Positions 1-11,312 of a stretch of DNA of 64,000 nucleotides are shown here, in pieces. The notes beneath the pieces were generated by a model that saw nothing but the letters and a program-made list of their open reading frames with translations, was not told the DNA's origin and made no database searches. A program made the position numbers and the translations under genes. Source of the DNA: Anthoceros angustus (Eukaryota; Plantae; Anthocerotophyta); assembly GCA_010909165.1 (NCBI GenBank), contig MU008182.1, positions 496,001 to 560,000 of the forward strand, given 5' to 3'. Numbering within the stretch: position 1 is the first letter of the stretch; every line of letters starts with the position of its first letter.

Positions 1-117
1 CACCACATCTCTATGATGCCCGACGCCACCACATTTCTATGATGCTCGACGCCACCACATCTCTATGATGCTCGACGCCACCACATCTCCACATGCCACC
101 ACATCTCCATGATGTCC
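1..117. repeat. 26-bp tandem repeat (CACCACATCTCTATGATGCYCGACGC), 3 full copies plus decayed copies
   Basis: Units at 1-26, 27-52 and 53-78, with partial copies to ~117; may continue left of the window. Confidence 0.9.
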
Positions 118-567
118 AATCGACCACCAACCCCGGCCACCACAACAAATCCTGTCATTCCATCACAGTGCCTGCATACAAGCAACCTGCCTCACAGTGC
201 ATGCATACCACCAGGTCTACCACACATGCAGCAAGTTCTGTGGACAAGAAATAGAATGGCAAACCAGTGCACCATCTCTGCACAGAGCGCATGCATCTTC
301 CACACACCACAATCAAACACATGGACTTCCACGCCAAAAAGCCAACATCTGCATGCAGCATCAACTCAGATCATAGAGAGTAAGAGCAAGTGCTCTGGTT
401 CCCTACCAGCCTTCACTCCCACAAGGAGAAACAGAACTTGCTGGAGAACAACAAACAAGCTGACCTGTTTGTAAGCAGCAATCATTGCACACTCATTGCA
501 GCAACCCTTGACCTTCAGAAACATCCTCCGCATATTCCAGCAGGAATAACAAACATTTGCACACATC

Positions 568-2901
568 TGCTGCAAACACGATATCTTTCGAAGGGGGTGA
601 ATATCCGAAACCCCTTCTATGACATGGAAACCCTCTTAGCACATTCCACACAGTCCTGAAATATGCGTTTTGCCTCGTTTTCAAGAAAGGTCGACCGTTT
701 TCCATCGAGTAGTTATCATGAAAACCTGTTTCCAACACACAAAGACAACAAATCCAAGCGAAGGCGCCGGCCGGCCGGCGCCTTCGCGCTGAGGAAGAGG
801 AAAATGAGATCATCAATTGCCTCACTACAGCGGGTCCAAAAGTTATTACGAACACGAGAAGAAGCACATCTAGGTGCCTACAGAACCGTAAACCTACTCT
901 CTATGACTAACTTGTGACTCATCGGGTGCTAGAGCGGACTCCGAATCCATCACGATGACCAAATTTCGAATCCGCTCCAGTTCCCGTTCATCAAAGCTAT
1001 CGTTCTCGCCCAAAGCCCTTGAGTCTTCGTTCAGTCCTCGCCAGTTTTGGTCTTCAGCCGACAAGCAAGAAACCACCTGCGCTTTCAAAGAGTCCTTCTC
1101 GTTGATACACACCTCCTTTGCCCAGAATTGCGCAAGCCCTCTGCGGTGGGCCTCTAATGTCAATTCTTCGTCAGCATTTGGCAAAACCTCATACCCATGG
1201 ATCCGTTGTGGAATATATCCTGCACACCTCAAGTCAGCCTCAATAGAGGGGCATGCTAGCGCCCTTAAATGGCCGTGCCCATGCGCCCATAAAATCAACA
1301 AGAAGTTTTTCATGCCTCTACAGGACTCGAACCCTGACCTATTCAGGCACATACTGTTTCCAAACCACTTGAGTACCTATCCTAAATTGAAACATATTAG
1401 AAGCACTAATTATTTATTTTATCAATGGCAGCCCAATGAGGAGAACATGCATGGGGAGGGCGCCGGCCGGCCGGCGCCCATGTACAAGGCTTGTTGGGGA
1501 AGGCGCGGCCGGCCGGCGCCCATGTACAAGGCTTGTTGGGGAAGGCCGCCCATGTACAAAACTTGTTGGGGAAGGCGCGGCGGCCGGCGTTCTCTTTATG
1601 GATGTGTATATTGAAACTCCTCTCATGCCATGGTTGCACACATTTTCAAAAACACCTATGGACCTATTTTCATTCATTCATTCATACTGTACTATGTGTA
1701 GCTTCGTTCTCGAAGAATATATGGGCATGTTCGGTACCCAAAAGCGTGAAGCATAGCATTACTTTGAGGCTGTCGTGAAATAGACATGTGTAAGTAGAGG
1801 TTTTGTTCACCAAACGGTCATCCTCTATTATGAGTTCAACTTGACGGCGGAAACATTTGTACGCTGTGGATAAGAAGGCAATCAAGAATAACTTAATTGA
1901 ATTGCGAGGATTTATTCAACCAGCGAGTCAAAGTGCCACCGAGGATAGTGAAGATGATGGTCATGATGCCGTGCCCAACGAAGATGATGGCGTGGAGTCT
2001 GGCGAAGAGTAGGAAACCCTCACGAATGTTAGGTCATCTTCAGCGGGCAATTGGTGAGGTTATGCGTGAAGCTCAATTCACTGTAGTTTGGAGGGCACAT
2101 TTCCAAGCGTAGTACATATTTCTGAAAAGAGTCTAGGCCCATGATAGGAATTTGGTTGTGGCTGTTCTCTATGTGCCGTTGTAGACTTCCCATGCTTAAT
2201 AACTTCCAATGTTCAAGCCTTTTTCCATTACATGCGGAAGGACATGTGGGGAGTGTGGCGGTAGTTGCGCGCTCGACATTGCGGCATACTAACAGGCAAC
2301 ACACGATGAGCCCTGCGGGCATATGTTGGCGGGAACCAGTTGCCCCACACTTTTCTTCATTCATTGATTGCAGTCTGTGGGACTGAACCATGTGATTATA
2401 TTTGTGGGCACAATTGAGGGTGTGCGAAGCCACCCACCACCCACACCCAAAGTCTTTTGTACACACATCCCGCTATGGGCTGCTACTCTCGCCTTTATGA
2501 GGCATCATCACAATGCCGGAAAAGGGCGCCGGCCGGCCGGCGCCCTACTCCTCAGACATGCTTTGCTCCCCGGCCATCAGCGGGTTCGCCTCTCATCCAA
2601 TTTTGATCATACGAATCTTTAGGGTTGTTGTGCGAGAAAGACCCACAGTGACCGGCAGCAATGGCCCTTGTCATGGGTCTTAAATGCACCCCAAATAGGG
2701 TTACCTCTTGCACCATAACCCTTGGCATGAAATGGACCTTGTATCCGGTTCAGAATTTCCACCCTTCTTTTACGCCTTACATTCATTCATACCTCAAAAC
2801 CACCAGTTCAAGACCCATGTCAAACCCCCTTCAGGAGATAAATTTCAGAAAACCCCCTTCGTGAATATTCACCCCCTTCAAAAGATATCGTGTTTGCAAC
2901 A
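568..2901. mobile_element. Non-autonomous TIR (DNA transposon-like) element, ~2.3 kb, superfamily unassigned
   Basis: 37-bp inverted repeats at 568-604 (TGCTGCAAACACGATATCTTTCGAAGGGGGTGAATAT) and 2865-2901, 35/37 identical; subterminal ACCCC(C)TTC motifs at both ends; internal perfect GC palindromes; TSD ambiguous (palindromic TGCA at 571-574 and 2895-2898). Confidence 0.75.
1458..1590. repeat. ~41-bp tandem repeat with GGCGCCGGCCGGCCGGCGCC palindromic core, ~3.5 progressively decayed copies
   Basis: Repeated CCCATGTACAAGGCTTGTTGGGGAAGG blocks, each preceded by the palindrome or a truncated version of it. Confidence 0.85.
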
Positions 2902-3070
2902 ACAGGTGCTATTGGGCACTTCAACAATTGGGGGAGAAATCCAAGGGACACAAAATAAAACACTCCCCCTCGAGACAGCACCATTCAGAATTGCAGAATG
3001 ACCTGTGATGCTGGACTATCAAAACGTACCTGGTGCAGACACAGCATGCTGTTACCGCCGGTGGTGTGGC

Positions 3071-4313
3071 CTAGTGGGAGTGGCATGGAGCCACTGTCCA
3101 GGCTGGCGTGGACTTCTTCACTCTTAGCCGGTGAATCCACTGGATTGCCTGCTCAAAATCCAAAAACCCAGCAACATGTTCTTGCAGCTTGCTCCTACAA
3201 GCCAGGTTTTCGGCCAACTTCTTGTTCACAACATTACAGTGGTCTGTCTTGGCCTTCACACTTTGGCGGACTAGTTCCATGGTGCATCGTTGTGTTTCTG
3301 AGTCCAACCCACCGCCATTGAGCACAAGCTCTGCTAGCTGGACCTTTGTCAAGTCCAGATCCTTCAAGGCATCCTCCCCTGCCTTTGCAAGCTTTGACTC
3401 CTCATCCGCGCACGCCTCCAAGTCCTTCTTCACACGAAGTACAGCAGCCAAAATCACCTCCATTGGAGCCCTGGGCTGGAGGCCACTTTTCTCGTGCCCA
3501 TATGTCTTACCTTTCAATGGACGTACGTGGTCCTTCTCCGTGAAGCTCGCCAAAACTTTCGACGAGGACTATGGCTCCTTGTCAATCACAGCTGCTTTTC
3601 CTTTGTTGGCAGAGAGCAGCTCCAAACTTTGCTGCGACGACCGTCGTGTGGCCTCCCGTGGGCTCCTGCGGACATGGGAGTTTTCCTCTAGACATGGAAC
3701 GGCCAGCCCCCCTGCACCAAGCTTCACAGCTGGTGGAGCATCCATTCGAGCCCTCATCTTCCTTACCTCCACCTTCCTTGTCCCCAGCATCGTCACTCCC
3801 ATCTTTACACTTCCGCTGTTTCTTCTTCATCTGAAGCTTGTCCCAATAAGCTTGCCATTTCACCCTTTTACCGAGCAGTTTCTCCACCAACACACCAACA
3901 GCAAGGTTTTGAGGAACCCTCTGTGCAGCGCACAGGTTAGGCCGGCGCCCGTACAATCTATACACCAAGTCATCGATGTTCCTCCATTCTTCCACAGATA
4001 GTAAATTAGTAGTCCCTAGAAGGTAGCCATCATTTGCTCCCGGAAGGCCTCCAAAGTACCTAGCCAAAACATCTGACCCACCCACACGTTCCTTAAGACC
4101 AATTGCCAGGTTCTCGTCCCGCACATTCACACCAAAAGCGGATAGAACCTCATCCCCCGAGTGCCAATTCCATGGCGCTGCCTGCTCTGCTGAAGAAATG
4201 TCGACTTGCAAGGCTGCGGTCACTCTCTCAGCGCGAAGGGTGGCAGCCCTCTGTTGCCTCCTTACGTTCCTACTCTCCCTTGGGCGTGATGCTCTCCCAG
4301 CCACCATCCTCAC
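3071..4313 (-). pseudogene. Disrupted ~400-codon ORF of unknown function (globular N-part, low-complexity middle, coiled-coil C-part), probably a TE accessory gene
   Basis: ORFs 3582-4313, 3569-3802 and 3071-3553 join with one frameshift and one stop; coiled-coil-like segment (VKKDLEACADEESKLAKAGEDALKDLDLTKVQLAEL); lies among TEs; no family recognised. Confidence 0.4.
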
Positions 4314-5116
4314 CTACAGATGCCGCCATAGCCACAGCGCCTCCACCAAAAGCCACACTGCCTCCCCTCCACCCTGCCAAGTGGTTCACCCATGGTATCC
4401 AGGAAGCAAACCGGTAGCCTCCAAGCAGGTCCTGAATGGTAGAACTACACACCGCGCACACACAAACAGCCACCAACCAAACTACAAGCACCCAAAACGC
4501 CTCACCGGGTGCCACACTAGCACCCTCCTAGCAAACAAAAACCGTGTTAGAAACGACCTCCAAAATCAAGCAGCCTCCAATCGATCAAAATCCAGCTCCT
4601 ACGCCCCGCGGCCACCCACAAACGAATCGAAGCCGGCCACACTTCCAGCTTCCACGCCACGCGTGCAATCGATTCTGTGCACACACAGTAAGTGCTGGCC
4701 TCCATGACGCGCCCACGTCACAAACGTATGTTCACACGAAGAGTCTGCCCCCAAAACACTCGCTTTGCAAAACCAAAGACCTAATCAACACATGTGGTCG
4801 CGTCCGTACTCGCGACGACGCATTCAGCAGGTGGACGAGGGGTACTTAGTAACTGAAATTGTCATTTGTCCCACCGTTAATTAAAGTAATAATGGTAATG
4901 ATATATGTTATGCATGTTTTTATGGGAAAAAAATTCAACAAAATTCTCCTCCCAAAAAATGTACTGTATACTAAAGTTGAGATCAATTTGACAATATTTT
5001 TGCATAAAACAGATTCCACAGATCTCGAACATGCCAACTAGGGACGGTTTCTGCGTTTCCAGAAGTTGTGGTCACCATACTGTGCTTTAACCCTCTAACA
5101 GGATGACTCGATTTAA

Positions 5117-5773
5117 CCCCAGAAGGCCGGAGCGACTCACTCCAAGTCATGAGAGCCTCGTTTTGAGTCCTGGATTTATTTGTGGTCGGATTTCCGATCT
5201 GAGACTTTGGAGCAGAGCATGGCCGGGTCCTCTTCCACCTGCCACATTTTTCCTCGAAAAAAACAGACACCATCTTCTCCCTCTATGATGCAAAGATCAA
5301 ACGATTCTTGGAAGATGCTGAAAGATGCCACTCAACTATATTGTAGAAAATGCCCAAGCCGTTCCGCGCTCCGCCCCTTCCCGTGCTCTTCCGCTCCCAT
5401 CCGGATTTGATCGTTCAAAATTATTTTGGTCAATGAAAGAAACTCGGATTCATCCCGAATTTTGCAAGCTTGTTGTTCTGAATGTGGGGAATCTGGTAGT
5501 GTAGTTTGCTCAACGAGCAAGTATGTACACATTGGTAGGCAAAGAAAGATGTTCACCTCATGTTGGTGCCTAAGGTGGATCGAAATGGCTATAGAAATTT
5601 GTGCATGTTCACTGAGGGGGTGGTGCTTTTTTCTGAATATATGGTTGGAAAGAGGAGGTCATTACGGTAATTGTGGTGTTGAGAACATTGGGGTCATATT
5701 TTCTTGTAATTAGTAATTCATAATAACAGAAAAACCCCAAAAATAGGGGAAAAAGGCAGCCGGCCTTCTGAGG
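5117..5773 (+). mobile_element. piggyBac-like non-autonomous DNA element (657 bp)
   Basis: TTAA at 5113-5116 and 5774-5777 flanking 14-bp TIRs CCCCAGAAGGCCGG / CCGGCCTTCTGAGG (13/14); internal Cys-rich remnant YCRKCPSRSALRPFPC at 5339-5386. Confidence 0.6.
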
Positions 5774-5892
5774 TTAAGGCGCTTCGTCGTGGTTTGTTAA
5801 AAAGACATACTATCAATGTATAGGCACCTGCTCGCTCCTTGCGCGTCACGGCGCATCGATGCGAACTGCGCATTGTAAAAGGCACTTGAAAC

Positions 5893-8800
5893 TGTTAGAA
5901 TTAATACCACACTAGCCCTTAGGGCACGGTTCGTAATTATCATTAAGTAAGCGTAAGTATCTAGATACGAATAGGTATTTGGGTGAACCGACACATAGAC
6001 GGTTACAAGCACAATGCTTCGGCATATCCTCAATGTAATGAGCACACTGCTTACAGATGTAGTTCTAATCCATCTGCGATTGTCAAAATTCCAGGGACCG
6101 TAACATGGTATCAGAGCACGGACATTCCCATGCCTAGCCAACGGCGCAGGGAGCGCCTCCAACGGCGCGCCGCTAGGCATGCAAATCTGCAAGAGTGGCA
6201 AAGAAACAATCGTGAGAATTCATACTTCAAGGAGGCAGGAGAAAACTTGTGGGTTTATGCATGGATTCGAACCTGTTCCGTGCTCCTAATCATAGGAGAA
6301 GAACTCTCACTACGTGGGTTCTCCGACCCACAAGAATATGATTGGGCGTATGTAGATTTCTCCTTCCTGTTCATAGAACAGACACCAAACCCACAATGAT
6401 AAGGCAATTTACCACTACGGTTGATGTTCACAAACCACTCAACCCAGCACAAATAAGAGAAACATTAATCACCAGCCTACAAAACCTATGCAGACAGCAT
6501 AGCCTTATAATAGTGCCCGGCTCTGCAGATAACTTGTACATCCTCCCTCCACAATAAGAAATTGAGGAATTCCAAAATAAGATAATTCAGAATTTACAAG
6601 ACCTAGAAGCACATGTAGAATCTAACTCTAACACCTACAGAAACTACAAAATTGTAGTCACTCTCCAAATACACACAAATTCCCTCCTTAGGAGCACAAT
6701 TCTTAGCCTTTAAACAGTCCACCAATAAAAACACATTACGAAGTCCACCTCACACCTCCTGGTGTCCAAAGAGGACAAGTTCGATGGATAGCAACATAAC
6801 TTCCCTGTCTGGAAATTTCGTATTACAAATATACTCAAAGAATGTAAGCTTTGGGGCGACGTCGGAGGGGTTGGAACCCCAGCAATCCCCATCCCACTCC
6901 CTGCCAATGGAACACAGGAAGAAAAAGATGAGTGGGAGGACAAAAATCAGCAAGCGTGAAACATGCTCACATGAAGCAAGGAAACGTTCAGCAACTAGAA
7001 GGGACAGCCACAGCAGCTGAAGTGTGGAAACAACTCCACGAGATCTACGATGCCGGCGATATCATGCACACAATTCACACCATTAAAAGTTACCTTGGAT
7101 TGCGGATGGCAGAGGGCGATCACGTAGATCACCATGCCATGGTCTTCCGCAGCTGGACAATCAAATTCCAAGCTCTAGGATTTAATATTTCAGAAGAACT
7201 TCTCGCAAAAATCCTGCTATCTACACTACCCGAATCATGGATTAGCGTAGTACAAAGCCTCCAAGGCATCCAACCATTAACAGTCAACAAAGTGCTTAGC
7301 GCAATGCTTACCGAGGAAGGACGACGAAAAGTATTCGCCCATGGCGCTAGCGGCGAAGCCTCCTCCAGCGCCTTCTTCATGGGCAGAGGCAAACATAGAG
7401 GCCGGGGAAGAGGCATCTTCAGAGGCAACTCCAGAGGGAGTTTTAGAGGCTGAGGCGGTTCCTCCCCCAGCCGTGGAAGAGGTACATATAACCCCTCGTG
7501 GAAGCCTATATGCGGGTACTGTAAAATACCTGGCCATACATACGATGAATGCCGCAAAAGATTAGGCATAAATAATCCCCGCCGACAAGACCATTCTGGC
7601 CAACTGGCCCTCACAATGCAAAGGCACTCTAAGGCTTTCACAACCCACACAAGCTACGCACCTTCTGTTGCATCTTGCCTATCTGCTCAAGGGGCACATA
7701 CCTGGTACATAGACTCCGGGGCATCTCAGCATATGACCCCCCACAAGGAGTACTTCACAGCCATTATACCTGTAGCCCCACCACATTTCGTCAGCCTAGG
7801 TGATGACTCTAAGCACACTATAACAGGCTACGGCTCAGTAGACTTACACATCCAACCTCATTCAACACTTTAGATTTCCGATGTTCTGCTAGTACCAGGA
7901 CTTACCAAAAACCTGTTTTTGGTAAGTCTTCCTTGCACCCTTAAGCTTAGCAAGGAAGCAGATCAACGGGATGACACTTCAGACACTACTCCTCCTCCTT
8001 ACTCTTCAGCCGTAGGTAGTCTTATGTACCTCATGGTTTGTACTAGACCAGACCTATCCTATTTAGTGGGAGCCTTGTCACAGTTCCTATCAGCTCCTAC
8101 TCAAGCTCACTGGAAGACAGTTAAGAGGATATTTAGATACCTAAGAGCAACCTCGGACCTAGGGTTGCTTTACCAGTCACATATCAAGCAAGGAGAGCCT
8201 TTACAACTTGAAGGCTTTAGCGACGCCGACTGGGCCGGCAACATCGACGATAAAAAGAGTACAAGCGGCTATGTATATCTACTCGGAGGCACGACAACAA
8301 GCTGGAGTAGTAAGCGGCAGCAGGTAGTTGCACTCAGCTCAACCGAGGCTGAGTATTGCTCTTTGACCCATGCATGCAAAGACGGACTCTGGCAGCTTCT
8401 CCAACTTTCAGAGTTAGGCGAGATCCAGAGGATCCCTAGGCCGCTTTATTGCGATAATCAAAGTGCTATCGCGCTTACATATAATCCGAAGTTCCATGCT
8501 CGGACAAAGCATGTGGAAGTGCAATTCCACTTTATAAGACAAGTAGTTGACGAAGGCAAGTTTGTAGTTCTTTATTGCCCAATAGAACAGATGACGGCAG
8601 ACGTGCTAACAAAAGCACTCAACTCCATCAAACACCAAGAACACACAAGAAATATGGGACTAATAGGAATTTCATAAATTAGTTTTAATACTCAGCAAGA
8701 TTAGAGAAGTACAACCTAAGGACTAGGTGCTAAGTGGGAGTGTTAGAATTAATACCACACTAGCCCTTAGGGCACGGTTCGTAATTATCATCAAGTAAGC

Positions 8801-8953
8801 GTAAGTATCTAGATACGAATAGGTATTTGGGTGAACCGACACATAGACGGTTACAAGCACAATGCTTCGGCATATCCTCAATGTAATGAGCACACTGCTT
8901 ACAGATGTAATTCTAATCCATCGACGATTGTCAAAATTCCAGGGACCGTAACA
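5893..8953 (+). mobile_element. Ty1/copia LTR retrotransposon, internally deleted and non-autonomous (3061 bp)
   Basis: LTRs 5893-6105 and 8741-8953 (213 bp, TG...CA, 4 mismatches); TSD GAAAC at 5888-5892 and 8954-8958; PBS TGGTATCAGAGC (tRNA-iMet type) at 6106-6117; PPT AAGTGGGAG at 8732-8740. Confidence 0.97.
6756..8677 (+). pseudogene. Copia gag-protease-(deletion)-RT C-terminus-RNase H, disrupted
   Basis: Gag N-terminal KFDG..FPVWKFRI, UBN2-like gag, zinc knuckle CGYCKIPGHTYDEC, protease WYIDSGASQHMT, then directly PYSSAVGSLMYLMVCTRPDL and RNase H FSDADWAG...ADVLTKAL; stops at 6789, 7451 and 7871; integrase and most of RT absent. Confidence 0.92.
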
Positions 8954-9798
8954 GAAACGGGCCTTCACAACCTTGCACGGTGCGCGCAGGAACTGTGGCA
9001 TTGCCTTGGCGGCCCGGTCCACAGCACCATCCGTTTTCACATCCCATGGAGGGCCTGTGCTGCGGACCGGTAACTTATGGCCCCAGGCTTACGATTGTTG
9101 TAGGATATTGTTGTATCGATCCGCGTGATTGGTTTCTGCAAACCACTGCTCCCAGTCGCTAGCTATAGCGTCTGCTCAAGCCGACAATAAAGCTTCTGCC
9201 TTGCAGATAGGAATGCCAAATTGACATGGCCTTATGAAAGGTGTCCCTAAAATGGAGGAGCAGGGGGTTAGGCACCGTGGCTTCCCTACGAAGAAAGCAG
9301 TGGCACCATGCATCTGGCCTGACATCTTCCATGCCCGTCTGGACAGAGATCAATCTGACAATCTGCCATCAAGGTGTCCTCTTTCCTTTTCTCCTCTGGT
9401 GCCTCATCCTTGGAGAGCACCAGCAAAGGTTCGAGGACTTGTGTTTTGCAAGGGACAACGCTTGGAGTAACACATGTTCTAGGTAGGAGCTTTACCAGCA
9501 CCGAGCAATTCTAGTCTAGCATGGCTGACAGAAATCTTCGATCCATGACTGCTGCTGTTGTTCAGCTTGTGGGTATTCCCCAAGGACGAGGGCTTGAACA
9601 TGTAAACCGCTGGCTGCACAGATGACGACTCTTGGATTTCCCAAATCTCTCCTTCAAATTGTCCTAAAGGATTTGTTCTGCTGCGGTGGAGGTAACCCTC
9701 TCAGCAGGCTGATAGGAGGGAGCTCATCTGGGGCAACGTACTGGTTCGTATCTGTTATACGCGAAACCAACCTGGGCAAGACAGTGCCTTTCCCATTC

Positions 9799-11312
9799 CA
9801 GGTGCTATGGTTTCACCACACTTACTGCCTATTGCCACTTTGAGAGCTGGCAGCGCCTGCATCTGACAAAAGAAATTTCTCTCCTTATGCCCACCAGATC
9901 CTTTGACGCAAGGTCGTGTTGTGGTATGACGAGGAGGATAATTGAAATGGTGTGCTCGACGTGTGCGTACATCGTTGGCACCTTCGTCTGACGGACGAAT
10001 CGACGACGAAGGGCACAATGTATTGAGCAGTGGTATCATGGTTGTAGTCACAGCATGGATCATACTCAAGGCACCGATGTGGGCCCTCAGGCTGGAGCAT
10101 GGGTGAGATTGCGTCTGTGTTCACTGCATATGTACCAAAGATTTCGTCTCGGTCTGAGTCTCCTGTGTAGGCAGTTGGTTACCAGAGCTGCATTGGCAGC
10201 TCTGCTAGGAGAGTAGGTCTCGCTGTCAACACTTCCAGCGAATATTGAGCAATGCGTGCCCTGCCTCGACCTGATGACCATTCCTTCCTTAGAGCTGGCG
10301 GCAAAGCCTGGTAAGAACTCAACGTTCTGCGGGATGTGTCACTTGTTTACTGTTTTTCTTTCGTTCACCGTACAACACCAAAGTATCTCTGCACTGTGCA
10401 GGGATCGATGCCTCCGGATGGTGTGCAGTGGCACATTTCGGGATTTACCTGTTGGGCATGACACGGATATGGAAAACTTGGTAGATCCGAGTCATATTCC
10501 TGTTGCTCATCACCATGTCAATGAGGATACCATGGGCAGGCGGTCTCAGGCTGTAAGTTTGCCCTACGGAGTGAAGACCTCAAGAGACCAGCGACTTCCA
10601 GTCAAGATGGAGAAGCAATAGGACAGCTGTCAACTCACATCTTTCAGGCTCCTGCTCGTTTCACCAAAGAGATTGAGCTGAAGGGAATCATGTGTGCTCG
10701 TGCCGCAACAACCACGTGCTGTACTCTTACAGTGTGGTATTGACCTGACATTCAGGTCGTTTGAGCATTCAGGTTCCCAGAGGCAGAGGCATGTGTGAGC
10801 TAGCCATCTAATACAGCTGTTGTGCGTCTTCAGTCCCAGGAAATTGCAGGATATTGGTGATAACGCAAGGAGCTTTATTGTATAGGCATGTCGAGTGGCC
10901 GTAATTGGTGGCAGCTGTTTCCAAGGTGGCTTTGGGATTGGGATGCCACCTACAGTAATCTTCTGTCGGGATTCGTTGCTGTTACCGGCAGTGTTTCCTC
11001 CGAGTCAGCTATCTCTTGGATCGCCTGCTTTGTCAGATACCAACTTACATATCGACATCTGTGTTGTTGTATAAGAGATTTACTCGGGAGAACAACAGAC
11101 CGGGAGTGCACTTAAACGGTGCAATAAAGTTTACTATGTCACATGTCAACAGCAGCAGAAGTCGATGTTGGTCAATGCATAGGCTATGGCTTTACTGGGT
11201 AGAATGGGCAAGAGAAGGTCCTCAACTTGTGAGTACCAAGATGCCGAAATGGCATGGATATTATCTGAAAACGCTGCAAGCAGATAGGCACTCCCGACAT
11301 TCTTGGACATAG
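9799..11312 (+). pseudogene. Rieske non-heme iron oxygenase pseudogene, PAO/PTC52/TIC55 family
   Basis: Fragments in order across frameshifts and stops: KVVLWYD, DVCVHR (9964-9972), APSSDGRIDDEGH, YHG, RDLPVGHDTDMENLVDPSHIPVAHH (mononuclear Fe motif, ~10442-10513), GRRSQA, NWWQLFPRW; GT-AG intron at ~10311-10401. Confidence 0.8.

Noticed and set aside
1-1590. 26-bp and ~41-bp repeats as a CRISPR-like array
   Set aside because: Units are directly adjacent with no unique spacers, there are no cas genes, and the context is eukaryotic
8959-11312. Degenerate LINE reverse transcriptase (MTTLGF, RQC-LS resemblance)
   Set aside because: No ordered RT motifs; Rieske and PaO motifs and an intron explain the region better
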